From the NCBI GenBank assembly GCA_027409005.1, contig DAHZQE010000372.1, positions 1 through 41,960 of the forward strand: 41,960 nucleotides of DNA. Reading direction: 5' to 3'. This document shows positions 29,620 to 38,462 of this stretch, piece by piece. Numbering within the stretch: position 1 is the first letter of the stretch; the number at the start of each line of letters is the position of its first letter. This stretch comes from Ferrimicrobium sp. Lineage in GTDB: Bacteria; Actinomycetota; Acidimicrobiia; Acidimicrobiales; Acidimicrobiaceae. The translations under genes were made by a program, and so were the position numbers. The notes beneath the pieces are model-generated. The model saw only the letters and a program-made list of their open reading frames with translations. It did not search any database and was not told where the DNA came from.

Positions 29620-30075
29620 ATGCCAACACCAGTTCATGGAGTCGAAGGGCTCAAGCAACTCGTAGGAGTCGATCTTGGATTTACGCCATATCGCACTATA
29701 AGCCAAGAACGAATCGACACTTTTGCCGACGCCACCGACGACCATCAGTGGATTCATGTAGATACTGACGCCGCTAAGAAGGGCCCGTTTGGGACCACTA
29801 TCGCGCACGGCTTCTTAACTCTATCACTAGTCTCTGCAATGCTGCCCGAAGTTCTCTCGGTTGACGGAGTCTCAATGGGAGTAAACTACGGCGCGAATCG
29901 GGTCCGCTTTCCATCGCCAGTTCCTGTGGATAGCCGCGTTCGTCTCGGCGCCACCGTAGCCGAGGTCACAGACGTCGCAGGGGGAGTCCAGGTTCAGGTG
30001 AACGTTACCATCGAGGTCGAGGGTGCTCCAAAACCCTCGATGGTTGCCGAAATTCTGTTCCGCTACTATAGCTGA
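29620..30075 (+). CDS. MaoC-family (R)-specific enoyl-CoA hydratase/dehydratase
   Basis: FADATDDHQWIHVD, GTTIAHGFLTLSL and NYGANRVRFPSPV motifs. Confidence 0.92.
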   Translation: MPTPVHGVEGLKQLVGVDLGFTPYRTISQERIDTFADATDDHQWIHVDTDAAKKGPFGTTIAHGFLTLSLVSAMLPEVLSVDGVSMGVNYGANRVRFPSPVPVDSRVRLGATVAEVTDVAGGVQVQVNVTIEVEGAPKPSMVAEILFRYYS

Positions 30076-30456
30076 CTCCTGCTGACAACATACGATCGGC
30101 GCTGCAACTCACCAGAGCACAGATGGTAGGCACCCATGGTTTGCCTTCATCTTGGTATAAACAGACGGTATGCAGCGGTCACGATGCCCAACCACAGTGG
30201 CTACAGTTCCAGGCGCACCTGCTAAACGTCACCAGCCATTTTGCGCCCTAACGACGGCTACACCAGAACTTCGTAGGATCGCAATCCGGCTCGGACAGCA
30301 ATGTATCGGATCCAACAACACCCATTCACCTGAACAACGTTAGCAACCAAGGTAGCGCCCATGCGAAAACCAGCGAACCCAGTTCGCGGGTTAACAACTC
30401 TGTGGCTGCTCGGAGACCGAGCTTAGCCGATTACGAAATCCAGCGGCGGTTGATAG

Positions 30457-30618
30457 CTAATGAATTGCCACCACTCCAAGTGTCCATAATCCAACTGCTA
30501 GGACAAGAATTAGCAGCAACATGGTCACGGCAAGCTTGAACACCAGCCGTACCCCCACCAAGACCAAGACAACTATGACCAAGAACTCAGGCCAGCTACT
30601 GGACCCACTGAGATGCAC
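30457..30618 (-). CDS. Small (53 aa) two-TM membrane protein, not in the ORF track
   Basis: Hand translation MHLSGSSSWPEFLVIVVLVLVGVRLVFKLAVTMLLLILVLAVGLWTLGVVAIH*; GTG start preceded by purine-rich GAGAGGGG. Confidence 0.6.
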   Translation of the reverse strand: MHLSGSSSWPEFLVIVVLVLVGVRLVFKLAVTMLLLILVLAVGLWTLGVVAIH

Positions 30619-30710
30619 CGGCAACCCCTCTCTTCCTCGACCACCTGAGAATGGTCGGGCGCCTCGTTAGCCTACCGCATCAAAGTGATAGTTAGAGTAA
30701 GGTCAATCGG

Positions 30711-31568
30711 ATGGGGCATCACATCGATCAAGGGTGGTCAGAACTCACGCAGCTAACCAGCAGCGACGATATACCATCGGAGACTTCGGTGATCCCAGGC
30801 GCACCGGAGCTCGGTAAGAAGGAGGCGAAAAAGATCCGACGCCGGGCGGTCAAGAGACTCGTCGCGCTCCAAGAGGCGCTCTACGCACAGGCGACAGACG
30901 GAGTACTTGTAGTTCTTCAGGGTCTTGACACTGCTGGAAAAGATGGAACGATTCGCGCTGTTTTCGGCGGAGTCAATCCCCAGGGTGTGAAGGTGCATGG
31001 TTTCAAGGTTCCAACCCCCGACGAAGCAGCTCATGACTACCTGTACCGCATCCACCAAGCCGTCCCCGCACGAGGTGAGATCGGCGTATTTAACCGATCG
31101 CACTACGAAGATCTCATCGTTCCGCTAGCAACCAAGAAGATGACAGAAAAAGCGTTCATGACACGCATCGACGAGATCCATGAATTCGAGAGCTACCTTC
31201 TCGAACAGAAGATCACGATCGTGAAATTATATCTTCATGTCTCCTACGAGGAACAAGGAAGGCGGCTGCTAAGCCGGCTGAAGAATCCAGAGAAGCATTG
31301 GAAGTTTTCGCCGAATGACCTCACTACTCGCGAACACTTCAGTAGCTTTTCTGAAGCCTACAGACGCATCATACCTGCCACCTCGTTCGATGAACTACCG
31401 TGGCATATCATCCCCGCAGATCAGAGATGGTATCGCAACTCGGTCGCATCCTCCATCGTCACCGAAGCCGTTGCCGCGCTTGCACCTCACGCCCCCGAAA
31501 TCGATATCGCCCATATCGCAAAGATTCGCGACGAGCTTACAACAGAGCTAAATGACTCCAACGACTGA
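30711..31568 (+). CDS. ppk2: Polyphosphate kinase 2 family (class III-like)
   Basis: LQGLDTAGKDG Walker A; HDYLYR, FNRSHYED, WKFSPND and PWHIIPAD motifs. Confidence 0.92.
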   Translation: MGHHIDQGWSELTQLTSSDDIPSETSVIPGAPELGKKEAKKIRRRAVKRLVALQEALYAQATDGVLVVLQGLDTAGKDGTIRAVFGGVNPQGVKVHGFKVPTPDEAAHDYLYRIHQAVPARGEIGVFNRSHYEDLIVPLATKKMTEKAFMTRIDEIHEFESYLLEQKITIVKLYLHVSYEEQGRRLLSRLKNPEKHWKFSPNDLTTREHFSSFSEAYRRIIPATSFDELPWHIIPADQRWYRNSVASSIVTEAVAALAPHAPEIDIAHIAKIRDELTTELNDSND

Positions 31569-31730
31569 ATAACTTCCGCGGCTAACCAACTCCAGCCACT
31601 GAGCAAAACAGGACAACCGGTGGATCCGTTCTCCGACAGACGTCGTCAACTCACACCCATGCCGGTGACGATCACACACGGCCTGCAGCCTCACTCGGCG
31701 TATAACTTCACCCGGGGTTCAACAGCCCCT

Positions 31731-32105
31731 CTAGTGAAACCAGGTCTTGGCGTAGAGCCTAGATTGAGGATGAATGAAGAGTGCAAACATAACCACTGTC
31801 AAAACTACGTTCAATAGCTGGGCACCAAATAGTGATGATAATCCCGCCGTGAAGACGAGATAGATCAAAAGCAGGAGTGGGATACCTGTAGCCACCACTG
31901 CTGCGTAGTAGCCATACTTTCGCGAATTCGCAACACCATAGGCACCACCAAGCGGAAGCAGAATGTCTAGAAGAAGTATAGGAATGGACAGGCCACCGCC
32001 AAATAACACCGCCAAGATAGCCAGCGCGGCGTTGAGATACAGGAGCAGAACACCAATCTGAAGCGTCTGTGGTTGTGTTCGATCGAACAGCTTAAGCTCT
32101 CTCAT
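31731..32105 (-). CDS. Hypothetical four-TM membrane protein
   Basis: 124 aa, strongly hydrophobic; -10 TAGACT lies 6 nt before the ATG. Confidence 0.75.
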   Translation of the reverse strand: MRELKLFDRTQPQTLQIGVLLLYLNAALAILAVLFGGGLSIPILLLDILLPLGGAYGVANSRKYGYYAAVVATGIPLLLLIYLVFTAGLSSLFGAQLLNVVLTVVMFALFIHPQSRLYAKTWFH

Positions 32106-32205
32106 CGCTTCAGTCTAACCGATGATAGAACAGAATTCCCAAAACGGATCTCAGGAAGTTGATACCGGGCGCTCAACGCTATACTTGGTGCGCTATTGTG
32201 AAGGC

Positions 32206-32907
32206 ATGGAAGCTCACCACAATGGTCACCGCGACATCTCCGGTGGCGGCGCACGCGCCGCGGTGTTTGGCGTCTCAGATGGACTGCTATCGAACGTTGC
32301 CTTAATTCTTGGCGTAGCCGGCGCTCATCCCGCACCCAAAGCGGTAGTTATCGCCGGACTGGCAGGTCTCGTTGCTGGAGCCTTTTCCATGGGAGTTGGC
32401 GAGTATATCTCAATGGGAGCTCAACGCGAGTTGTTCGAACATGAATTAAGGATCGAAGCTACCGAGATTCGTGAACGTCCCGATGCCGAGACTCGCGAAC
32501 TTACCGAGCTCTATGTATCTAGAGGGGTTCCCAAAGAGCTCGCGGCCGAGGTGTCTGATTACCTAATGCGAAACCCCGACACCGCCCTACAGGTCCATGC
32601 CCAAGAGGAGCTCGGGGTTGCACCGGACTCGGTAGGATCGCCAATCCAAGCCGCACTCGCCTCCTTCTTCTCCTTCGCCATTGGTGCCCTTATTCCACTC
32701 GTCGCGTGGTTTGTCACCATCGGGTCGGCTGCTGTCATCGCCTCAGCCATTTCAGCAGGAGTAGCGAGCCTGCTTGTCGGTGGTGGGCTGGCAGCGATGA
32801 CCGGACGCAGCGTTAGCAAAGGTGCGGCCCGCCAGTTCATTCTCAGCGCAGTCGCGGCACTGGTAACCTATGGAGTAGGCCACTTCCTTGGAGCTACGAT
32901 ACGCTAG
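32206..32907 (+). CDS. VIT1/CCC1-family iron/manganese transporter
   Basis: RAAVFGVSDGL, AGAFSMGVGEYIS, EELG and SFAIGALIPL motifs. ATG at 32206 is preferred (TATTGT 6 nt upstream). Confidence 0.92.
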   Translation: MEAHHNGHRDISGGGARAAVFGVSDGLLSNVALILGVAGAHPAPKAVVIAGLAGLVAGAFSMGVGEYISMGAQRELFEHELRIEATEIRERPDAETRELTELYVSRGVPKELAAEVSDYLMRNPDTALQVHAQEELGVAPDSVGSPIQAALASFFSFAIGALIPLVAWFVTIGSAAVIASAISAGVASLLVGGGLAAMTGRSVSKGAARQFILSAVAALVTYGVGHFLGATIR

Positions 32908-32921
32908 CCTAGCTCTCGGCC

Positions 32922-32947
32922 CAGCTAGCTTTCGGAACGGCTAGCTG
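32922..32947 (+). terminator. Hairpin after the VIT1 gene, possible terminator
   Basis: CAGCTAGC-N10-GCTAGCTG, 14 nt after the stop codon; no U-tract. Confidence 0.35.
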
Positions 32948-33039
32948 CGTCTCCGCTAGTGGTATCACCAGTTGAGGACACCACGACATTGGGGATCTTG
33001 CAACCAAGCAACTCGAGACCGCCTTGCTAGACTCAGTAC

Positions 33040-33876
33040 GTGCCCTTAGCCCACTCAATTGAGACTCGAAGAATCATCAAATTTACAGACGGTGTCACCA
33101 GCGTCGCCATGGACTCTCTCATCCAAGAGGAACCTCTGGTTATTGACGTCGAGTGGCCAGGAACCGACTCTGTGCACTTCACCACCACGATGCGTACACC
33201 CGGCGATGACTTTGCTCTAGCGATAGGAATTTTAGCCACCGAGAGCGGAATCACCAAGGATGACATACGTCAGACTCGATACTGCGTTGGCCCCGGGAAC
33301 ATCCAAGATTACAACAAGGTCACCGTTGCGCTCCGCAAGCCGGTAAAGCTTCAGCCTTCAGATCTGCGACCCGTATCCTGCGGTTGGTGTGGGACCGCGG
33401 ATCTCGTCGACCGACTCGTGGTCACCATGGCATCATCGTCCAGCCAGAGCTACCAGGTGCGCGACGTTCTCGATCTCTTCGACGAATTCGATCAACACCA
33501 AAAGACATTCCAGGCCACCGGTGCTTCGCATGCAGCGCTTCTAAAACCTCGTGAAGGTGAGATCATCATGGGCGAGGATGTCGGGCGCCACAACGCACTG
33601 GACAAAGCAATCGGTCACGCCATCCTTGATGGAGTATCACTTGCCAATGGCATAGCCCTACTCTCGGGGCGAGCTGGATCAGACCTGGTACTCAAAGCCG
33701 CGCGTGCCGGCCTCTCGCACATCGCCTCAGTTTCAGCTCCCACAGCTCTAGCCGTTGAGCTTGCCAACCAAGCAGGGATAACCCTTCTCGGGTTTGTTCG
33801 ATCTGGAAGATTAAACCTGTACACCCATGCTGAAGGCCTGGAAGAAACCTACGATGCAACTCGCGTTCTTCGCTGA
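33040..33876 (+). CDS. fdhD: Formate dehydrogenase accessory sulfurtransferase FdhD
   Basis: EEPL, MRTPGDD, SCGWCG, TGASHAA, EDVGRHNALDK, SGR, SAPT and GFVR motifs. Confidence 0.9.
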   Translation: MPLAHSIETRRIIKFTDGVTSVAMDSLIQEEPLVIDVEWPGTDSVHFTTTMRTPGDDFALAIGILATESGITKDDIRQTRYCVGPGNIQDYNKVTVALRKPVKLQPSDLRPVSCGWCGTADLVDRLVVTMASSSSQSYQVRDVLDLFDEFDQHQKTFQATGASHAALLKPREGEIIMGEDVGRHNALDKAIGHAILDGVSLANGIALLSGRAGSDLVLKAARAGLSHIASVSAPTALAVELANQAGITLLGFVRSGRLNLYTHAEGLEETYDATRVLR

Positions 33877-34139
33877 ATCCGACGAATCCGACGAATCATA
33901 CGCCGCTCTTCCTCGTCCTTGCCTCCCCAAATCCCATACTCTTGGTTAGTCCGCAAAGCAAATTCGAGACACTCTAAGGAGACCGCGCACTCTGCGCAGA
34001 ACTCCTTCACCCTGCGAATCTGAATCTCGGCGTCGCCAGTGACGCCAACTGGGAAAAACCATCCAGGATCCATCTCTCGGCACTTGGCGTTGCTTCGCCA
34101 CGCTTCGTAGTCCCAGGTCGCTAACTTTGCCGACTCCAT
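33849..34139 (-). CDS. whiB: WhiB-family Fe-S transcriptional regulator (WhiB1/WblE-like)
   Basis: Four Cys (C...C-x2-C-x5-C), FFPVG, GIWGG turn, EEERR and basic tail; SD GGAGG. Confidence 0.93.
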   Translation of the reverse strand: MESAKLATWDYEAWRSNAKCREMDPGWFFPVGVTGDAEIQIRRVKEFCAECAVSLECLEFALRTNQEYGIWGGKDEEERRMIRRIRRIQRRTRVAS

Positions 34140-34377
34140 CGAACACCTCCGAATTCGTTCTGTGCAACCTCGATCCCCCGTGTTCGAGCCACCAACCGAG
34201 TCATCATACCAACGAGTAGCGAGTCAATTTATGGACCCCATTGTCCCTCACCGCATCGCCCACTTGACCGGACGACATAATAAGTATAATACAAGCTTCC
34301 TGACTTAGGTATACACAAAGCTCGCACTAATACTGCAACCAATCTTCTGCTGAAACTATTCTCGAGGAGCCGACAAG

Positions 34378-35091
34378 CTACGAACAAGACTCAAGTCGCC
34401 GATCGCCACGAAGCTGACCCAGGAGGCCACGGATCATCGCAGCCAACGCTACCGGAGAGGAGTGAAGGATGTCATGCCCAGAAGCTGGCAACAGCTCCAG
34501 GGTGGCACTAGGCAGACGATCGGCAGCATGAACCATAGCTGCTAGTGGGACCACCCTATCTCGCAGACCAGCTACGATCACCGACGGGCATCGCACAAAT
34601 GGCAACTGGTTCTCCACCAGACGCAGCTCGGCTAGAAGGTGACGTTGCTCGGCTAAAAAACTTCGACGGGTCCGTCCAAACTGGGAATGTCTTCGTATGC
34701 CAAGAGTGACGCCAGCGATCAGCGCAGATGTCATGTCGCCGAAAAACCGTGCGGCGAGTAGCCGATCAATTGCCACAAGTGAAGTTTGAGTGATAGGGGG
34801 CGCTGCCAACACCAGTCCTGCCACCCGCTCAGGGTCAAGCTGAGCGGCCCGTACCGCGATGGTTGCACCCAACGAGTGTCCTATAAGGAGAACCCGACGA
34901 GAGCCAAACTGTTCCAACACCCATTTCGCATTAGCCTCAATTCCGACCACACCGAGCGGATTCGAACCCCAGCCTGGCCTGTCCATGCAGACGACTCTCA
35001 ACCGAGGATCCATCCACCGATGGACAAGAGCAAAATCCTCCTTCTTCCCAGGTTGTCCGTGCAGAAATACCACCTCAAGATCATTTACCAT
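34378..35091 (-). CDS. Alpha/beta-fold hydrolase
   Basis: FLHGQPG, DRPGWG, GHSLG nucleophile elbow, GLRDRVVP (Asp) and SGH (His). The ATG at 35091 overlaps the end of the DMT gene. Confidence 0.88.
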   Translation of the reverse strand: MVNDLEVVFLHGQPGKKEDFALVHRWMDPRLRVVCMDRPGWGSNPLGVVGIEANAKWVLEQFGSRRVLLIGHSLGATIAVRAAQLDPERVAGLVLAAPPITQTSLVAIDRLLAARFFGDMTSALIAGVTLGIRRHSQFGRTRRSFLAEQRHLLAELRLVENQLPFVRCPSVIVAGLRDRVVPLAAMVHAADRLPSATLELLPASGHDILHSSPVALAAMIRGLLGQLRGDRRLESCS

Positions 35092-35938
35092 CGTGGAGCT
35101 CCGAATCGACACGAACCTCGGACTGCGCAAGATAGATCAATGCGAGAATCTCCACTACAAGGGCGACGATGCTGGCTAACGCGCTTGGACCAGCCCGAAA
35201 GAGCGGCGTCTGCAGCGCTAATGTGCTGATGGTGATAGCAGCGATAGGCTCTCCAACCGCCACCAAAGGCAACACGCGCGCGAGACTCTGTTGTTGAAAG
35301 GCACTCTGCACAACCAGGAGTGCAAGTGCCCCTACCACCAGTAAAATCCAGAGTTCCCAATGTTCAAGAGTACGAAGCGCTCCAAACTGGGTCCAAATAA
35401 TCCCTACTTCGCGCTCAAATATAGAGACGATGCCTAGCAAAATGGCACCTAACATCGCCTGGACCCTGCCATGGCCAGCCAATAGCGGCCGCAACAGGGT
35501 CACGGTCAACAGACCGATGACAACCCCAAGTGCGCCAATCACTATAGATGGAGTGATGAAAATGGTTCGCCCGCTCGCCGGCGGACTAAGGACGAGAAAG
35601 GTGATGAGTGAGCCACAGCTCACAAATAGCGCGACCACATCACCAACTCCGATAGGTCTGCGAGCAAGAAAATGCTCGAAAAGCACGGCGAGAACAAAGC
35701 CACTCGCAAGAATCGGCAATACCTGAGGGACCGACCCGTACTTTAAAGCGAAGAACTGCGCCCCACCTCCGACAATATCAAAAACTGCCCCGAGGCCAAA
35801 GCGCGGGTTTGCCAATAGCCTCCACAAAAGGCTGAAACGAAGATTTAACTCGGTTGCCGAAGCCGTACTGGCTTGGAACTGTAAAACCGCAGCCATCCCA
35901 AAGCAGACCGCAGCCAGTAGAGAAAGAAGCACCACCAC
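35081..35938 (-). CDS. DMT-superfamily membrane transporter
   Basis: LLAAVCFGMAAVLQ, QFFALKYGS...VLP and QSAFQ motifs typical of actinobacterial DMT proteins; about nine TMs. A GTG start near 35938 is preferred over 36013. Confidence 0.78.
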   Translation of the reverse strand: MVVLLSLLAAVCFGMAAVLQFQASTASATELNLRFSLLWRLLANPRFGLGAVFDIVGGGAQFFALKYGSVPQVLPILASGFVLAVLFEHFLARRPIGVGDVVALFVSCGSLITFLVLSPPASGRTIFITPSIVIGALGVVIGLLTVTLLRPLLAGHGRVQAMLGAILLGIVSIFEREVGIIWTQFGALRTLEHWELWILLVVGALALLVVQSAFQQQSLARVLPLVAVGEPIAAITISTLALQTPLFRAGPSALASIVALVVEILALIYLAQSEVRVDSELHDGK

Positions 35939-35948
35939 GAGGTCTCTA

Positions 35949-35971
35949 AGTCTATGACCAACTGGTAGGAT
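35949..35971. promoter_or_regulatory. Back-to-back -10 hexamers (bidirectional promoter)
   Basis: TAGACT on minus (35954-35949), 10 nt before GTG 35938; TGgTAGGAT on plus (35963-35971), 8 nt before ATG 35980. Confidence 0.5.
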
Positions 35972-35979
35972 GAACGTCA

Positions 35980-37752
35980 ATGTCAACCACAAAGGCACTC
36001 CTGCTCTCTGCAAGAATGGGTGGCGGCCACAACGGGGTAGCCCGAGTCGTTTCTGAGGAACTCGCTAGCTACGGGATCGAATGCGAGACTCGTGATTTTC
36101 TTGATGCCTCGCCTCGTATGGGACGCATCCTTGAGCGTGGCTTCAAGCTCGAGGTGGAGCGAGCCCCATGGGCCTATCAGCTCGAGTTCTGGTTATGGAA
36201 CGGATTCACACCTATTGTCACCTTCACACGTCGAGTGCTCCAGGCATTTTTTCAGCGCGGCGTGGCTCGTTGGATCGAGGACATAGATCCTGACATAATC
36301 ATTGCACTCCATCCTTTCAGTGCCCAACTGCTAGGCCAGATGCGCCACCAACGCAATCCTGTGGTCTCTAATCGACCAATCGCAACCTTTCTCACTGACT
36401 ATTCAGTTCACCCTCTCTGGGTGCATCCAGACGTTGATCTCCATCTTTGTGTCTCTGAGACGGCGGCTGTGCAGGCTCGCACTCGCGCGGGTGCCTCCGG
36501 AGAGATAGTGGTCACCGGACCCTTCGTTGACCCCAAGTTCTTTAGCCACGTCGACAGACAAGCGGCGCGGGAGGCGCTATCGATTCCGAACGATCGCTTC
36601 GTAGCACTGATCGTCTCGGGGTCATGGGGAGTTGGTGATATAGCCGAGACCTTTCAGCTCCTGGCGAGCAACGATGAATTCTTCCCCGTCGCGCTCTGTG
36701 GACACAACCGCGATCTTCAAGTTCAACTCGCAAACGATACACGTGGGCTAGCTGTTGGCTGGACAGACGATGTTCGTCTCTACATGGCAGCTGCTGATGT
36801 CGTGATCCAAAACGCCGGAGGACTTACCTCGCTAGAGGCGATGGCGGCAGAGCGCCCTGTGATCTCCTACCGCCCTATCGCGGGTCATGGACGTGAAAAT
36901 GTAGCCGCGATGGAGTCAGCTGGGGCCACCGTATGGTGCCACGACAAGAACGAACTAGTTGAACAGGTGCGAAGCCTGAGCAACGAGCCGTCTGAACAGG
37001 TAAACAAGCAGCTCGGCCAGTTCCAACCCGCTCCCCACCAGCCGATCCTAGAGCTTTTACACGAAGCTCGCTTGACACAGACAACGCGTCGGGGAGTGTG
37101 GGCTCTTCGCCTCACGCGCACTGCGGCGATGTTGATCGCCCTTTTCGTGATGGCCAACCTGGTCTCAGGAGTGATCGGCTATCACGGCCTGAACCTGACC
37201 AAGACAGCCAGCAAATCAAACTATGTCTATCTCTCCGTCCGGCTCTCATCACAGCAGCTCGCGAATCCAAAGATCGATAGATTGGCGACAAGCTCTGGCA
37301 TCGGGGTTGTTGTTACTGGTCAGCAAGCCATCTCGGATCCAAACGCGGTCCGCTACGCCTACCATCAGGGTGTCGAGGTGATCAACGGCGGGACTGGCAC
37401 CTCCTCGGACTTTAACTTCATACTCCCAGAGAACGACTTATCTACCGGGCGGGCCGATCTCGCACACGCCCTTGGGGTGCAGGTGAACGCCTATCTTCCC
37501 CAAAACACAATGAATGCCTTTGATCTTGCGTGGGCTTCACTCCACCACCAAACCATCATCCCGGCTCGCATTATTTCACACCGCTTCAACATCAATCCGA
37601 ACCCGGGGGCGATTCTGGAGCTGAATCTCACCAGCATGTCGATCACTCACGCTACTAAGGTCATCGAGGCTGAGATAACACATCTTGGCAGGAAGCACCT
37701 CATCCTGGCACCGTTTGCAACTCTCCACGCTACGAGCGCGGTACGCGCATGA
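35980..37752 (+). CDS. MGDG-synthase/UgtP-like (GT28) diacylglycerol glycosyltransferase fused to a TM helix and a degenerate CE4 (NodB-like) domain
   Basis: MGGGH, TDYSVHPLW, GWTDDVRLYMAAAD, NAGGLTSLEA and PIAGHGREN GT28 motifs; TM at about aa 373-400; the C-terminal ~175 aa align by eye with the neighbouring deacetylase. Confidence 0.85.
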   Translation: MSTTKALLLSARMGGGHNGVARVVSEELASYGIECETRDFLDASPRMGRILERGFKLEVERAPWAYQLEFWLWNGFTPIVTFTRRVLQAFFQRGVARWIEDIDPDIIIALHPFSAQLLGQMRHQRNPVVSNRPIATFLTDYSVHPLWVHPDVDLHLCVSETAAVQARTRAGASGEIVVTGPFVDPKFFSHVDRQAAREALSIPNDRFVALIVSGSWGVGDIAETFQLLASNDEFFPVALCGHNRDLQVQLANDTRGLAVGWTDDVRLYMAAADVVIQNAGGLTSLEAMAAERPVISYRPIAGHGRENVAAMESAGATVWCHDKNELVEQVRSLSNEPSEQVNKQLGQFQPAPHQPILELLHEARLTQTTRRGVWALRLTRTAAMLIALFVMANLVSGVIGYHGLNLTKTASKSNYVYLSVRLSSQQLANPKIDRLATSSGIGVVVTGQQAISDPNAVRYAYHQGVEVINGGTGTSSDFNFILPENDLSTGRADLAHALGVQVNAYLPQNTMNAFDLAWASLHHQTIIPARIISHRFNINPNPGAILELNLTSMSITHATKVIEAEITHLGRKHLILAPFATLHATSAVRA

Positions 37753-38462
37753 AGACCACTACGGCGGCTGCCGCGGTGGTCGGTGCTAAGCTCACGATCC
37801 ACATCGGATCCTTCCTGACCCACACCTGGATACTTGCACCAATTAGCGCGCCCTGGCTCCTCGGCTTTGGCCATCCACAATCGGTTGCCCTAACATTTGA
37901 CGACGGGCCCGACCCGATCTCGACTCCACTCATACTCGACATCCTCGATCTCAACCAGGTCAAGGCGACCTTCTTCGTGCTTGGAGAGATGGTCGATCGC
38001 CAACCGGAACTCACCCGCGAAATTATCGAGCGAGGACACGAACTCGGGACTCACGGGTATTGGCACAAGAACCATCTCTGGCGCAGCGCTAGAAGCATCC
38101 GCTACGATCTTGCACGAGCGATCGAGTCAATCGAAACCGCCACCGGCACTCGACCAACATGGTATCGGCCGCCGTATGGGATCATAACTAGAGCCGATCT
38201 AGTCGCTGCCCACGCCGAAGGACTCCGGCTGATCCTCTGGGGAACATGGGGCAGAGACTGGCGCCGCCAAGCATCATCAGTCTCGGTGATGGCCGACATA
38301 CGATCTAGATTCCGCCCTGGAGTCACCATCCTCCTGCATGACTCTGACTGTACCTCATATCCTGGATCATTCCAGGCAACACTCGCAGCTCTCCCTCAGC
38401 TCGTTGACCTAGTCAACTCGCAGCAGCTACGCTTCGCCACCCTCTCCAACCACGGGGTCTGA
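37749..38462 (+). CDS. Polysaccharide deacetylase (CE4/NodB), all catalytic motifs intact
   Basis: ALTFDDGP, THGYWH, YRPPYG, GRDW and ILLHD motifs; ATGA overlap with the glycosyltransferase. Confidence 0.92.
   Translation: MKTTTAAAAVVGAKLTIHIGSFLTHTWILAPISAPWLLGFGHPQSVALTFDDGPDPISTPLILDILDLNQVKATFFVLGEMVDRQPELTREIIERGHELGTHGYWHKNHLWRSARSIRYDLARAIESIETATGTRPTWYRPPYGIITRADLVAAHAEGLRLILWGTWGRDWRRQASSVSVMADIRSRFRPGVTILLHDSDCTSYPGSFQATLAALPQLVDLVNSQQLRFATLSNHGV

Noticed and set aside
33875-33897. Short tandem repeat (GAATCCGAC)x2.5
   Set aside because: It simply encodes the IRRIRRI basic tail of WhiB; not a CRISPR or contingency repeat.
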